Assembly: GCA_963763885.1 (NCBI GenBank)
Contig: CAVXQD010000002.1
Coordinates: forward strand, 304,389-368,388
DNA length: 64,000 nucleotides
Direction of reading: 5' to 3'
From: an uncultured Acidimicrobiales bacterium
GTDB lineage: Bacteria > Actinomycetota > Acidimicrobiia > Acidimicrobiales > JANYDT01
Part shown: positions 9,457 to 21,116 of the stretch, piece after piece
How the letters are laid out: each line of letters begins with the position of its first letter
Position numbering within the stretch: the first letter of the stretch is position 1
Position numbers and translations under genes: made by a program
The notes under the pieces: model-generated
What the model was told of the DNA's origin: nothing
The model's database searches: none
What the model saw: only the letters and a program-made list of their open reading frames with translations

Positions 9457-11150
9457 CGGACGAGTGGCTTGTACTTCAGGCGATGCGGCTGGTCGGCCTC
9501 GGAGCCGAGTTCCTTCTTCCGGAACGCTTCGTAGTCGGCGAAGTTGCCCTCGAACCAGCGGACCTGGCTGTTGCCTTCGAACGCAAGCACATGGGTGCAG
9601 ATGCGGTCGAGGAACCAACGATCGTGGCTGATGACTACGGCACAACCGGGGAACGCAACAAGCGCTTCTTCCAATGCGCGGAGCGTGTCGACGTCGAGGT
9701 CGTTGGTTGGTTCGTCGAGGAGCAGTACGTTGCCGCCGGACTTGAGGAGCTTCGCGAGATGGACGCGGTTGCGTTCACCACCGGAAAGCTCACCGACCTT
9801 CTTCTGTTGATCGGAGCCCTTGAAGTTGAAAGAGGCGCAATACGCTCGGCCGTGAATGGTGCGTCCGTTGAACTTGAACTCGTCCAGCCCATCAGTGATT
9901 TCCTCGAACACGGTCTTGTCCGGTGACAAGTCGTCACGACTCTGGTCGACGTAAGCGGGCTTGACGGTGGTGCCCACGGTGAGCGTGCCGGAGTCTGCTG
10001 GCTCAAGTCCCATCATCATGCGGAACAGCGTGGTCTTACCGGCGCCGTTGGCACCGATGATGCCGACGATGCCTGCAGGCGGAAGCTTGAACGACAAGTT
10101 CTCGATGAGGAGACGGTCGCCGAAGCCCTTGTTGACACCGTCGGCCTCGATAACCACGTCGCCGAGGCGAGGAGGCGACGGGATGATGATTTCGAGTTTG
10201 GCCTGACGACCCTCGGCGTTCTGCGATTCGCTGAGTAGCTCTTCGTAAGCGGACAGACGAGCTTTGGACTTTGCCTGCCGTGCACGAGGCGACTGACGTA
10301 CCCAATCGAGCTCTTCAGCCAATGCGCGCTGACGGGCGGACTCTGTCTTTTCTTCAGCGGCGAGACGGGCACGCTTCTGTTCAAGCCAGCCGGAGTAGTT
10401 CCCCTCGTATGGGATGCCTGCGCCGCGGTCGAGTTCCAGGATCCAGCCAGCAACGTTGTCCAGGAAGTACCGATCGTGGGTGACCGCAACGACCGTGCCG
10501 GGGTAGTCCTGCAGGAAGCGTTCCAGCCAGCCGACCGACTCTGCGTCGAGATGGTTAGTGGGTTCGTCCAAGAGAAGGAGGTCTGGCTTGGACAGCAGCA
10601 GCTTGCACAGCGCGACCCGGCGCTTTTCACCACCCGACAAAGTGGACACGTCTGCATCGCCCGGTGGGCAGCGCAATGCATCCATTGCAATGTCGAGCTG
10701 GCGGTCCAGGTCCCACGCGTTGGTGGCGTCGATCTTGTCCTGCAGGTCGGCCTGCTCGGCGAGGAGCTTGTCGAAGTCTGCGTCGGGGTCACCCATGGCT
10801 TCACAGACTGCGTTGTAACGGTCAACCAAACCGGCGATCTCTTTAACGCCGTCGCGTACGTTGCCGAGGACGTCTTTGGTCTCGTCGAGCGTTGGTTCTT
10901 GGGACAGGTACCCGACCGAGAAACCTGGCGTGAGGCGCGCCTCGCCGACGAAACCGTCGTCCACGCCAGCCATGATCTTCAGCAGCGACGACTTACCGGA
11001 GCCATTGGAGCCCAACACGCCGATCTTGGCGCCGGGCCACATGGAGATGTTGATGCCCCTGAGGACTTCCCGGTCTGGCGGGTAGAACCTGCGCAGATCG
11101 CGCATTGTGTAGATGTACCGGCTCTTGTCCATACCCTCATGTGCTGCCAT
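9453..11150 (-). CDS. ettA: Energy-dependent translational throttle protein EttA (ABC-F)
   Basis: [16 protein letters not shown], two ABC domains, [17 protein letters not shown] linker, C-terminal PHRLKYKPL. Confidence 0.95.
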   Translation of the reverse strand: MAAHEGMDKSRYIYTMRDLRRFYPPDREVLRGINISMWPGAKIGVLGSNGSGKSSLLKIMAGVDDGFVGEARLTPGFSVGYLSQEPTLDETKDVLGNVRDGVKEIAGLVDRYNAVCEAMGDPDADFDKLLAEQADLQDKIDATNAWDLDRQLDIAMDALRCPPGDADVSTLSGGEKRRVALCKLLLSKPDLLLLDEPTNHLDAESVGWLERFLQDYPGTVVAVTHDRYFLDNVAGWILELDRGAGIPYEGNYSGWLEQKRARLAAEEKTESARQRALAEELDWVRQSPRARQAKSKARLSAYEELLSESQNAEGRQAKLEIIIPSPPRLGDVVIEADGVNKGFGDRLLIENLSFKLPPAGIVGIIGANGAGKTTLFRMMMGLEPADSGTLTVGTTVKPAYVDQSRDDLSPDKTVFEEITDGLDEFKFNGRTIHGRAYCASFNFKGSDQQKKVGELSGGERNRVHLAKLLKSGGNVLLLDEPTNDLDVDTLRALEEALVAFPGCAVVISHDRWFLDRICTHVLAFEGNSQVRWFEGNFADYEAFRKKELGSEADQPHRLKYKPLVR

Positions 11151-11160
11151 GCCCTTGAGG

Positions 11161-12030
11161 TTACGAGACGCGGGACCCGTCCTCCGACGTTCGGGTTCCG
11201 TCCGGTGCAGCCGGCGCAGGGAGCGGAATCCACCCCTCTAGCGCGACGGTTTCGGGGTCAGCGCTCATCGAAGTCTGTAACGGCGTGACACCCAGGGCAG
11301 CTGCGGCGGCGATGGTCTGCGCGCAGATCAACGCGTCAAACGCGTCTTCTGACGCTGCCCCCAGCGCACTTAAGGCGAGCGGGATGCCACTGAAGGAGGC
11401 CTCCAGGTAGGCCGTTCGGCGCTGAGCATCTGACTTTACGACGGGACCGGTGAACAGCCTGGGGTACATCTCAAACACGGTGACCGGCCCGGGCGGGTCG
11501 AACGGCCAAATGCTGCACCCGTGTTCGCGCAATTGGGGAAGCAGTGCCATCCCGCGAACGGATCCGGTGCCAACGCTGCCCGCACCACCAATCTGAAACG
11601 TGGACTTCGGTCGGATTCCGCCGACCGGCAACAACGCTTGCTCGCAGAGTCTGAACTGCTGGAGATCTGCTGGACGTGGTCGGCCCGGCCGCCCCCAAAA
11701 CGGTGCTTCACACCCCTCCAGCCATCGATTGCCATCGGACGCTGCGAGCTCCCAAAGTTGGCCCACGTTCCGGCACCCCTGGTCTCGCACCCACCAAGCC
11801 GGAAACGAAAAGGAGAAATCGAGTCCGATCAGCACCGGGTCTTCTGCCGTCGCGGTGGCCGCAATTCGGCAGAGTTCGTCGATCACCTGGGCACGGGTTC
11901 GCCCTGCCTCAAGTCGAACCACAGCGCTACCGGGATGCTGAAATGTGGGCTGCCCCTGGAGCTCGGCTTCGGCCAGCCAGATACTCGTTCGCTCGCCAAC
12001 GAGTCGCCCCGACCAATCGACTGCGATCAC
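11161..12030 (-). CDS. DUF429-like protein (predicted RNase H-like fold)
   Basis: [26 protein letters not shown] motifs. Confidence 0.65.
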   Translation of the reverse strand: MIAVDWSGRLVGERTSIWLAEAELQGQPTFQHPGSAVVRLEAGRTRAQVIDELCRIAATATAEDPVLIGLDFSFSFPAWWVRDQGCRNVGQLWELAASDGNRWLEGCEAPFWGRPGRPRPADLQQFRLCEQALLPVGGIRPKSTFQIGGAGSVGTGSVRGMALLPQLREHGCSIWPFDPPGPVTVFEMYPRLFTGPVVKSDAQRRTAYLEASFSGIPLALSALGAASEDAFDALICAQTIAAAAALGVTPLQTSMSADPETVALEGWIPLPAPAAPDGTRTSEDGSRVS

Positions 12031-12053
12031 CCGCCGGGGCGGCCGAAACACAG

Positions 12054-13556
12054 TCAGCCGGTGCAGACGATGCCTGCGGGCGGCAGCACCAGGTTGACGA
12101 GGAAGTCAACTGCGTAGGGGTCGACGCAGGTTCCGCGCCCCACCTGGCCGTGATCCGATCCAACTCGGGTGAGCAGCGTGCCGCCAGTTGTGGCGACCAT
12201 GGACTGCTGCCATTCGATTGGAGTGATGAGGTCAAGCGTTGCTCCGACCAACAGCACCGGAGCGATGCCGTTGGGCTGGATAACTGGTTGTGGTCGAGTC
12301 TTCACGGGCCAATACCCGCAGATCTTGTACAACTCGGCGGTACCCCGGGCGTTCACAGCAAAGTGTGGTGCTGCAGCAGGCAGCCGCGTTGCCAGCGTTG
12401 CGAGTTCGGCCTGGTTCTGCGTGACGAGTCCGTCGTGACACTGGTACGCAAAGATGGACTCGAGCACTTCGTAGTCCGGCCGCGGGACGAAGCTACGGAG
12501 ATCGAACGACGTGTACGGGTCGCCAGGAGAGCTGGCTGCTGCGTTCAGTCCGTCTGCCAGGATCTTCCAACCACCGATTGCCTGAGACCCAAGCAGCCGT
12601 TCGACGGTGCCTTCAAACCGACTGCGGGCAGCCTCGCGGCTCCGCGATCCGCCGAAGTACGTGAGGATCTGGTCGTATCTCGCGAGGAGGTCCGTGCCGT
12701 TGTTGAACGCGCAGGGTGTGTACGAGCCGTCTTGACACTGTCGAAGGAACGCGAGGAGCGCGCGTTCGTTGGCTGCGTATCCACCTTCAAGCAGGCCAGT
12801 GCCGAACAGGGTGTGATCCAGGCCGGAATCAAGGACCACTGACCGCAGCGTGGTGGGGAACAAGGTGGCGTACAAGGCCCCCAGGTAACCGCCGTAGGAG
12901 AATCCAAGGAAGTTGATTTTCTCTTCACCCAGCGCCCGGCGAACCCAGTCGTGGTCCCTGACGGAGCTCTCACTATCGATGTACTTGAGCAGTTGACCGG
13001 ATCGTTTGCCACAAGCGGTGGCAACCGCCTTCAGATACTGATTGTCTGTCCTGATGGTGTCGAGGTCCAGGGGATCTATTCCGCAGCTGACCTGCGCAGA
13101 GTTGGTGGTGCCGCGAGGATCGAGGCCGATGATGTCGAAACGGGCCACCACCTCGGCTGGAAAGATGCGATTGGCGCCGCGGATGAGCCCATTGGCGCTT
13201 GCTCCCGGGCCACCAGGATTGACGAACAACGCACCGATTCGGCGTGCTGGATCGGTTGCCCGGTGGCGGACAACGGAAAGTTCCAGTGCCGGCGAGAAGG
13301 GGTCCGAGTAGTTCATCGGCGCCTCGACGATGGCGCACTCAAGAACTTCGAAACAGCCGCGAAAGGCTATAGGCGTAGGCTCTTTCCAGCGGGTAGTTCT
13401 CTTTGGGAACTGGTAAACACCGTTCACGTCCTGGGCAACAACGCGAGACCGTGTTGCCTTTTTCTTTGTCGTGGCGGCTGATGCCGGGAGCACCGCACTG
13501 CCGAGGACGGCCGTGATGGTGAGAGCGGTTAGCAGCAGCGATGGGCGCCGAATCAT
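12054..13556 (-). CDS. Secreted alpha/beta hydrolase (TAP-like peptidase)
   Basis: Signal peptide, NPGGPG, DPRG, GFSYG nucleophile, D..TP, C-terminal DHG. Confidence 0.9.
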   Translation of the reverse strand: MIRRPSLLLTALTITAVLGSAVLPASAATTKKKATRSRVVAQDVNGVYQFPKRTTRWKEPTPIAFRGCFEVLECAIVEAPMNYSDPFSPALELSVVRHRATDPARRIGALFVNPGGPGASANGLIRGANRIFPAEVVARFDIIGLDPRGTTNSAQVSCGIDPLDLDTIRTDNQYLKAVATACGKRSGQLLKYIDSESSVRDHDWVRRALGEEKINFLGFSYGGYLGALYATLFPTTLRSVVLDSGLDHTLFGTGLLEGGYAANERALLAFLRQCQDGSYTPCAFNNGTDLLARYDQILTYFGGSRSREAARSRFEGTVERLLGSQAIGGWKILADGLNAAASSPGDPYTSFDLRSFVPRPDYEVLESIFAYQCHDGLVTQNQAELATLATRLPAAAPHFAVNARGTAELYKICGYWPVKTRPQPVIQPNGIAPVLLVGATLDLITPIEWQQSMVATTGGTLLTRVGSDHGQVGRGTCVDPYAVDFLVNLVLPPAGIVCTG

Positions 13557-13737
13557 TTGGCGACCTTATCGGCGGGGCATATTCAAGCGATACACCAGAC
13601 ATGACGATGTAGGAATACTGAAATTCGAAATGCGGCGCGCGTTTCCCTAGGTTGTGGCCCTTTGGTCACCGTGGCTCCGTCCGAGAACCGGACGGCTTGC
13701 GCTGACGTCAAAACCGCTCAGGAGTAGGCTGAATCCC

Positions 13738-16700
13738 GTGACCTCGATCCTTCCCGACGACCCGACGCTCGGGCCCAATTCGTGGCTCGTTGACGAGATG
13801 CGAGAGCAGTACAACGACAACCCTTCGTCTGTGTCAGAAAGTTGGCGCGCTTACTTCACCGGCCATGCGGGCGCGGTGACAAGTTCGACTTCAAGTTCGA
13901 GCTCAAGTTCGAACGCAGCCAACGGTTCAGCGTTCGCACCTATAGCCACGCAGAGTGCTGCCGTCGCGCATGTTCCCATGAACGGATCAGCGACCAGACC
14001 AGCGCCGACGCCGAAGGCTGCTCCAGCGCCACCCATTGCGGCGGGCGGCGAAACCAGTCCTCTTCGCGGCGTCGCGTCCAAGATTGTGCAGAACATGGAG
14101 GCGTCGCTCGACGTCCCAACCGCCACCAGCGTTCGTGACATCCCTGCGAAGCTTCTCGAGGTCCAGCGCAGCATCATCAACAACCACCTCAAACGCACCC
14201 GCGGTGGCAAAGTCAGCTTCACGCACCTCATTGCGTATGCAATCGTGCGCGGGCTCGATGCGGTTCCATCGATGCGGAACACGTTCACCCGTGACGCTGA
14301 TGGCAACCCGCTTCTGGTGCGCAATGCAACGGTTGGTTTGGGTATCGCAGTCGACCTTGCAAAAGCCGACGGGTCCCGTGCACTGGTTGTGCCGTGCATC
14401 AAGAACGCAAACCAGCTCACGTTCCGCCAGTTCTACGACGCGTACGAGACGCTCATTGCAAAGGCTCGCACCAACAAGTTGGGTGTCGACGATTTTGCAG
14501 GCGTCACCGTCTCCATCACCAACCCTGGCGGCATCGGCACCCGGCACTCTGTTCCGCGCCTGATGCCAGGGCAGGCGGCCATCATCGGGTTGGGAACCAT
14601 CGATTACCCGGCAGCGTTCATGGCAGCAGATCCTGCCAAGCTCGCCGAGATCGGTATCTCCAAGACGGTCACGCTCACCTCGACCTACGACCACCGCATC
14701 ATCCAGGGTGCCGAGTCGGGAATGTTCCTCGACAAGATCCAGCACCTGCTCACCGATGACGAAGCGTTCTGGGAGTCCGTCTTTGACTCCATGGATATCC
14801 CGTACGAGCCAGCGCGTTGGCACCGCGATACCAACCCGTCAGACGCGGTCCGCTCGGCCGTTGCTAAGGCTGCTGCTGCGCAAGAACTTGTCAACGCATA
14901 TCGGTCCCGCGGCCACCTGATTGCCAACCTCGACCCGTTGGGCATCATGCATCGCGCCATGTCCGACGAGCTGGACCCAATCACCTACGACCTGTCCATC
15001 TGGGACCTCGACCGCGACGTGTTTACGGACAACCTTGCAGGGTCCGATCACCACACCGTTGGTGAACTGCTCAGCATTCTTCGAGACGCGTATTGCCGCA
15101 CCATTGGCATTGAGTACATGCACATCATGAACCCTGCCGAAAAGGCGTGGCTGCAAGCTCGCGTCGAGGGCGTTGACACCAAGGTGACAGCAGTTGAGCA
15201 GCGTCGCATTCTTGATCGCCTCAATACCGCAGAAGCGTTTGAGAAGTTCCTCGCCAAGCGTTATCCGGGCACCAAGCGCTTCGGCCTCGAAGGCGGCGAA
15301 TCCGCCATGGTCGTTATCGACGCGGCGTTGGATGCTGCTGCGCGTTCCGGGGTGAAAGGGGCTGTCATCGGCATGCCGCACCGCGGTCGCCTCAACACGT
15401 TGGTCAACGTTGTTGGCAAGCCTGTTGCGCAGGTCTTCAAGGAGTTCGAAGACGTCATCGAGGGAACCGTCTATGGCTCCGGCGACGTCAAGTACCACCT
15501 GGGTGCACAGGGCACCTACACCGGTCTCAGCGGTATTCCAATCGGCATCAACCTTGCGCCAAATCCATCGCACCTCGAAGCGGTGTACCCGGTTGTCGAG
15601 GGCATGGTCCGGGCGCAACTGGACGAGATCGGCGAGCTTGGCGGCAACTCGGTGTTGCCGGTCATCATGCACGGCGACGCCGCCTTCATCGGCCAGGGCG
15701 TGGTGCAGGAGACGCTCAACCTCAGTCAGCTCGCTGGCTACAAGACAGGTGGCACCATCCACCTGATTGTCAACAACCAGGTGGGCTTCACCACCAACCC
15801 AGATGCAGCTCGGTCTTCGGTGTATTGCACCGATGTGGCCAAGATGGTTCAGGCCCCAATCTTCCACGTCAACGGCGACGACCCAGAAGCTTGTTACCGC
15901 GTCGGTCGCCTGGCTGCTGACTTCCGCGATGCGTTCAAGAAAGACGTCGTCATTGACCTCGTCTGTTATCGCCGCATGGGCCACAACGAAGGCGACGAGC
16001 CCAGGTACACGCAGCCGCTCATGTACGAGCGCATCGACAATCATCCCTCCACTCGCGAGATCTACGCGGCTTCGTTAGTAGGTCGCAAGGACATCACGCA
16101 GGAAGAGGCCGACGCGGCGTTCTCGTCGTATCAGTCGCTCATGCAGACAGCCCTCGACGCCACCCGCACGCTCACCTCTACCGGCAACATGTTGCCGCCA
16201 AACCTTGACGACATCGGTTCGCCCTTCGATCCCATTCCTACCGGTGTCAGCCGGTCAATGTTGGATCTCATCTCTGAGGCGGTTCATACGTGGCCAGAGG
16301 GTTTCAACATTCACCCCAAGCTTGCTCGACAACTGGAAACCCGTAAGGCCACTTACGAAGTGTCTGGCGAGATCGACTGGGCCCTCGGAGAGGCGATGGC
16401 GTTCGGTTCGCTTGCCCTTGAGGGTGTGCCAGTGCGCGTCAGCGGCGAGGACTCTCGTCGCGGCACCTTCAGCCACCGCCAAGCCGTCTTCATCGACACC
16501 CAAACCGGCGGCGAGTGGTATCCGTTGGCCAACCTTGACCCCGGCCAAGGCCGTTTCAACGTCTTCGACTCTTCACTGTCGGAGTACGCCGTACTTGGTT
16601 TCGACTACGGCTACACCATCCAAAACCCCGACGCATTTGTTGTGTGGGAGGCGCAGTTCGGTGACTTCGTCAACGGCGCTCAGATCATCATCGATCAGTT

Positions 16701-17406
16701 CATCGCCTCTGGTGAGACCAAATGGGAGCAGACCTCGTCGCTCACCATGTTGTTGCCGCACGGGTACGAAGGCCAAGGCCCAGAACACTCCTCTGCTCGC
16801 CTTGAACGTTTCCTCCAGCTGTGTGCGCACGAGAACATGCGGGTGGTCAACGTCACTTCTGCAGCGCAGCTATTCCACCTGTTGCGCCGCCAGATGCACT
16901 CACCCAACCGCAAGCCGCTCATTGTGATGGCACCCAAGAGTGGCTTGCGTTCCAAAGAGTCCCGCAGCAACGTGGACGAGTTCACTACCGGCGCATTTGC
17001 CGAGGTCTTGGACGACCCCACCATCACCGATCCCACCGCGGTTCGTAAGGTCATCCTGTCAACCGGCAAAGTGACCTGGGACGCAGACAAGGCTCGCCAA
17101 AAGGCAGGCGTGGCTTCTCAGATCGCTTTGGTCAAGGTGGAACAGATCTACCCGTGGCCAGAGGCGCAGATCGAAGCAATCGTCACCCGGTATCCAAACG
17201 CCGAGGTGTTCTGGATGCAGGAAGAGCCGGCCAACTTCGGTGCCTGGAACTTTGTCGAGGGTCGAGTTCAGGCAATCTGTGCCCGGCAGAACCGCCGTCT
17301 CGGGCTTATCGCCCGGCCGAAGTCGGGGTCGCCTGCGACGGGTTCGCATCACGAGCACGACCACGAACTCGAAGCACTGCAAGCCGCAGTCGTCAGCGGA
17401 CTGTAA
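13738..17406 (+). CDS. kgd: Multifunctional 2-oxoglutarate decarboxylase/dehydrogenase (E2-E1 fusion)
   Basis: N-terminal NSWLVDEM, acyltransferase TSTYDHRIIQGAESG, TPP motif HGDAAF, WEAQFGDF, GPEHSSAR; TAGGCT -10 box 7 nt before the GTG. Confidence 0.97.
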   Translation: MTSILPDDPTLGPNSWLVDEMREQYNDNPSSVSESWRAYFTGHAGAVTSSTSSSSSSSNAANGSAFAPIATQSAAVAHVPMNGSATRPAPTPKAAPAPPIAAGGETSPLRGVASKIVQNMEASLDVPTATSVRDIPAKLLEVQRSIINNHLKRTRGGKVSFTHLIAYAIVRGLDAVPSMRNTFTRDADGNPLLVRNATVGLGIAVDLAKADGSRALVVPCIKNANQLTFRQFYDAYETLIAKARTNKLGVDDFAGVTVSITNPGGIGTRHSVPRLMPGQAAIIGLGTIDYPAAFMAADPAKLAEIGISKTVTLTSTYDHRIIQGAESGMFLDKIQHLLTDDEAFWESVFDSMDIPYEPARWHRDTNPSDAVRSAVAKAAAAQELVNAYRSRGHLIANLDPLGIMHRAMSDELDPITYDLSIWDLDRDVFTDNLAGSDHHTVGELLSILRDAYCRTIGIEYMHIMNPAEKAWLQARVEGVDTKVTAVEQRRILDRLNTAEAFEKFLAKRYPGTKRFGLEGGESAMVVIDAALDAAARSGVKGAVIGMPHRGRLNTLVNVVGKPVAQVFKEFEDVIEGTVYGSGDVKYHLGAQGTYTGLSGIPIGINLAPNPSHLEAVYPVVEGMVRAQLDEIGELGGNSVLPVIMHGDAAFIGQGVVQETLNLSQLAGYKTGGTIHLIVNNQVGFTTNPDAARSSVYCTDVAKMVQAPIFHVNGDDPEACYRVGRLAADFRDAFKKDVVIDLVCYRRMGHNEGDEPRYTQPLMYERIDNHPSTREIYAASLVGRKDITQEEADAAFSSYQSLMQTALDATRTLTSTGNMLPPNLDDIGSPFDPIPTGVSRSMLDLISEAVHTWPEGFNIHPKLARQLETRKATYEVSGEIDWALGEAMAFGSLALEGVPVRVSGEDSRRGTFSHRQAVFIDTQTGGEWYPLANLDPGQGRFNVFDSSLSEYAVLGFDYGYTIQNPDAFVVWEAQFGDFVNGAQIIIDQFIASGETKWEQTSSLTMLLPHGYEGQGPEHSSARLERFLQLCAHENMRVVNVTSAAQLFHLLRRQMHSPNRKPLIVMAPKSGLRSKESRSNVDEFTTGAFAEVLDDPTITDPTAVRKVILSTGKVTWDADKARQKAGVASQIALVKVEQIYPWPEAQIEAIVTRYPNAEVFWMQEEPANFGAWNFVEGRVQAICARQNRRLGLIARPKSGSPATGSHHEHDHELEALQAAVVSGL

Positions 17407-17436
17407 AGCCCACCGGTCCGAGCTGAAAGGTACGTC

Positions 17437-18456
17437 GTGCGAGTACTCGTAACCGGTGGGGCCGGATACATCGGAAGCCATACCGTTGTCGAGCTCCTCG
17501 GCAAAGGGTATGAGGTTGCCATCGTCGACAACCTCGACAACGCAAAGGCCGAGTCAGTTCGTCGGGTCATCGCGATCGCCGGCCGGGAGGCCAGCTTGCA
17601 CGTCGTGGACATTGCAGACCACGACGCGTTGTCGGCAGTGTTTCAGTCCTTTCGGCCCGAAGCCGTTGTTCACTTTGCCGGCCTGAAGGCTGTCGGGGAG
17701 AGCAGCACCATTCCGCTGCGTTACTACTCCAACAACATCACCGGCACGCTTGTGCTGTTGCAGGTGATGGAGGCGCACGGCTGCAACACGCTCGTGTTCT
17801 CCTCCAGTGCAACGGTTTACCGAGCAGACAACCCTGTGCCGTTTGTGGAGTCTGCTTCGTTGGGCGCCTCCAACCCGTACGGGCGTACCAAGTGGTTCTT
17901 GGAAGAGATCCTCCGCGACGTTGCAGCTGCAGATTCCAAGTGGCGTTTTGGCTTGCTGCGCTACTTCAATCCGGTGGGTGCACATCCCAGTGGAATGATC
18001 GGCGAAGACCCCAACGGCATCCCCAACAACTTGCTGCCCTTCGTGGCGCAAGTTGCTGTTGGACGACGTGACCAGGTGCGAGTTTTCGGCAATGACTACG
18101 CCACCTCAGACGGCACCGGTGTGCGTGATTACATCCACGTGGTCGATTTGGCTCGCGGCCACCTGCGTTGTCTCGAGAAGCTCGAGGCACTCGGCCACGA
18201 GGCGGGTTGTCGAGTGTGGAACTTGGGTACGGGAAAAGGGACAAGCGTTTTGGAGATCATCCGGTCCTTCGAGCGGGCATCCGGCGTTGACATCCCTTAC
18301 GAAGTGGTGGGTCGTCGTGCAGGCGATGCTGCTGTCTCTTATGGCGACCCCACCAAGGCTCGCGAGGAGCTTGGTTGGTCTGCTGAGTACACCGTTGACT
18401 CTATGTGCACAGACGCGTGGAACTGGCAGCGATCCAACCCCAACGGTTATCCGTAG
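17437..18456 (+). CDS. galE: UDP-glucose 4-epimerase
   Basis: GGAGYIGSH, HFAGLKAVGES, YGRTK, LRYFNPVGAHPSG. Confidence 0.96.
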   Translation: MRVLVTGGAGYIGSHTVVELLGKGYEVAIVDNLDNAKAESVRRVIAIAGREASLHVVDIADHDALSAVFQSFRPEAVVHFAGLKAVGESSTIPLRYYSNNITGTLVLLQVMEAHGCNTLVFSSSATVYRADNPVPFVESASLGASNPYGRTKWFLEEILRDVAAADSKWRFGLLRYFNPVGAHPSGMIGEDPNGIPNNLLPFVAQVAVGRRDQVRVFGNDYATSDGTGVRDYIHVVDLARGHLRCLEKLEALGHEAGCRVWNLGTGKGTSVLEIIRSFERASGVDIPYEVVGRRAGDAAVSYGDPTKAREELGWSAEYTVDSMCTDAWNWQRSNPNGYP

Positions 18457-21116
18457 CCGCCCGTCAGCTGCTTGCCTGGTTGCTCTCGCGGGAGGAGCGG
18501 GCTGAGCACGGCCCACATCTCTCGATAGAGGGCGCTTCGTTCGCTGGTTGCGCCATCGGCTAACAGATGCGCTATGCCGTCTTCGGTGAGGTGTTTCGAC
18601 GCTTGATCCAAGATCACGGCGCGTTGGTCACGTGAGAACCCGGACCGTGACGCGGCAACGCATGCGCCAACAGCCCGGACCGCGAGCGGGTGGTTTCCCT
18701 CGCACTGCACAAGGCGAGCCAAAACGAGACCGATTCGGTTGAAGTCGCCCTGGAGCACGGGGTCGAGGTATTGGATTGCTGCGAGACGGTCGGCGATGGG
18801 AAGCCCTGCTTGAACGGCAGCTTCGGAGTACATGCTGACCAGTCCACTGGACATGATGGAAAGCATCGGCAGCGTGCCGAGGTGCTTCAAGATTGGTTTG
18901 GTGGTGCGCACCGCTCGTTCGGTGTTGTCCGTGCCAAGGGAACCAAGGCTGATCATGGATCCCGCTGGGATGAGGAGCCGGGTCAGGCCGGCCTTGGTCA
19001 CCGTTGCCAGCACCGTGTCAACTAGCCGGTCGGCTTCTTCGTGGCCACCGATATAGGAGTATCCGAGTAACGCAGCGGTCTTGAGGCGGGCCCGTTCTGC
19101 AGGGTCTTGCACGGTGTCGGCGCGAGCCGACAGTTGACCCATGTACTCGCCGAACCTTCCGCGCGCCAACGCGTTGGCAATCAGCAGGACCACGATCTGC
19201 ATCGAGCCCGGGTCGTCCAGCTGCAGATCTGCCGCAAGCTCAGCCGCAAGTTCTGCTCGGCCTTCGGTTCCGTCAGAAGTTGAGCGACGCACTAGTTCGA
19301 TGGCCAGGAGGCGGCGTCGTTGAGGATGACGCACTACCGCGTCGGCCTCCATGAGGGGAAGCACCAGCTCGGCGAGGATGCTTGCCACGTAACTGAAATC
19401 TTCGAAATGCAGGACCAGGTCGCCGGCCCGCTCAAACTCGCCTTCGCTCAGCAGTGTGGTGATGGCTTGGCGGAAATTGCCGTTTTCTTCGATGAGCTGC
19501 GCGATGCACCCTGCTTCGGCAGGTCCGACAGCGCGTTCTGAAAGGTCTTCGGCGATCTGGAAGCACCAGGCAGTATGGGCGCTCTGCGCCGCGTCAAGCT
19601 CGTGGTGGAGTTCCAGCTGTTCATATGCGTACTGGCGGATTGATTCGAGGAGAACAAACCGACTGTGCCCGGCTCGGGACTGGACGGAAAGCAGTGACCG
19701 GTCAACGAGCGCTTCAAGCAACCGGTTGTGTAGTTGGTCCAGGCCCGCCGCCATTGCTGCTGCGCCGCTGTTCGGGAAGCCGTCCTGAAATACTCCGACG
19801 CGTCGGAAGAAGGTCTGCTCTATGGGCGACAACGACTCGTACGACCAATCGATGGTGGCGCGCAAACTGTGGTGCCGATCAGGCTTGCGGGACCTGCCGG
19901 GTGCGGTGAGCACGTCAAGACGATGGTCGAGGTTGGACAGCAGCTCAGACAGACCCATGGTGCGCGTTGCCGCAGCTGCCAGCTCGATAGCGAGCGGGAT
20001 GCTGTCCAGCTGCTTGCAGATGCGGTCGACGATCTGGGACTGTCCCCGCGGGACCACCACACCGACCTGCATGGCGCGTTGTTCGAACAACGCGCGGGCG
20101 TCGTCGGCGGCGTCCAGCGGCCCGATGCGTGCTTGGAACTCACCGGGCACGCCAAGCGCTTCACGGCTTGTCGCGAGGATGCGCAGATGTTTGGTGCGGG
20201 ACAACAAAACCTCGGCCAACTCCGCAGCAAGCTCGACGATGTGTTCGCAGTTGTCGAGCACGAGGAGAAGGTGGTGTCCGCGGATCTGATCGGCCAGCGC
20301 TGCAGGGGACGCTGATGTGGGAAGGCGAAGCGCGTCTGCCACGGCCGAAAGAACCATGGTCATGTCTCGTGTGGCGGCCAGCTCCACGAACCAAACGCCA
20401 TCAGGGAAGTGCGTCTCGTGATGCTCGCCGACTGCTATCGAAAGCCTGGTTTTGCCTACTCCTCCCATGCCGACCATCGTCACGAGACGTGCTCTCGCGA
20501 TCAGCGAAGCGATCTCATCAAGCTCGGAAGCGCGTCCGATGAGATCGTTGACCTGAACCGGGACGTTGCCGGTGGCGCTTTCCAAGGTTCTGAGTGGGGG
20601 GTAGCGGCCTGCCCCGTACTGGAACAGTTTGACGATCGAGCTGACTCCCTTGAGCCGATGCATGCCGCACGACACCACGTCCGATGCAGGCGTGCTCACT
20701 TCCTCAGTGAAGAGGATCTGCCCGCCGTGCCCGGCATCACAGACGCGGGCGCACAAGTTGACAGCTGGACCGAAAACGTTGTCGCCTCTTTGCTCTACAG
20801 CCCCGCGGTGCAAACCTATGCGTACTGAGATTTGCGGTCCGCCCAACCAGTCCGCCTGGGCGAGGGCACTCTGAATTCTGCGGGCAGCGGTGATGGCCCC
20901 TGCGTCTGAGTCAAAAGCGGCACAGAATGCGTCTCCCGGATTTCCAAAAACGATGCCGCCAGCGGCCTCGATGCTGGACCGCATGACATCGTCATGGACT
21001 TTGAGACTGCTGGACATTCCCGTGGCATCGGCTTCCCACAGCGCGGTAGAGCCGACGATGTCGGTGAACAGAAGCGTTTGGATTTGCGAACTCTCGCTGG
21101 GTTCTGTGGTGCCCAC
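18447..21116 (-). CDS. Class III nucleotide cyclase + STAND ATPase + helical/TPR-like domain protein
   Basis: LLFTDIVGST, GDAF, VNLCARV (cyclase); GMGGVGKT, LVLDNCEH, ATSRE, LDSIPLAIELAAA, TIDWSY (STAND); start estimated at GTG 21116. Confidence 0.88.
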   Translation of the reverse strand: MGTTEPSESSQIQTLLFTDIVGSTALWEADATGMSSSLKVHDDVMRSSIEAAGGIVFGNPGDAFCAAFDSDAGAITAARRIQSALAQADWLGGPQISVRIGLHRGAVEQRGDNVFGPAVNLCARVCDAGHGGQILFTEEVSTPASDVVSCGMHRLKGVSSIVKLFQYGAGRYPPLRTLESATGNVPVQVNDLIGRASELDEIASLIARARLVTMVGMGGVGKTRLSIAVGEHHETHFPDGVWFVELAATRDMTMVLSAVADALRLPTSASPAALADQIRGHHLLLVLDNCEHIVELAAELAEVLLSRTKHLRILATSREALGVPGEFQARIGPLDAADDARALFEQRAMQVGVVVPRGQSQIVDRICKQLDSIPLAIELAAAATRTMGLSELLSNLDHRLDVLTAPGRSRKPDRHHSLRATIDWSYESLSPIEQTFFRRVGVFQDGFPNSGAAAMAAGLDQLHNRLLEALVDRSLLSVQSRAGHSRFVLLESIRQYAYEQLELHHELDAAQSAHTAWCFQIAEDLSERAVGPAEAGCIAQLIEENGNFRQAITTLLSEGEFERAGDLVLHFEDFSYVASILAELVLPLMEADAVVRHPQRRRLLAIELVRRSTSDGTEGRAELAAELAADLQLDDPGSMQIVVLLIANALARGRFGEYMGQLSARADTVQDPAERARLKTAALLGYSYIGGHEEADRLVDTVLATVTKAGLTRLLIPAGSMISLGSLGTDNTERAVRTTKPILKHLGTLPMLSIMSSGLVSMYSEAAVQAGLPIADRLAAIQYLDPVLQGDFNRIGLVLARLVQCEGNHPLAVRAVGACVAASRSGFSRDQRAVILDQASKHLTEDGIAHLLADGATSERSALYREMWAVLSPLLPREQPGKQLTGGYG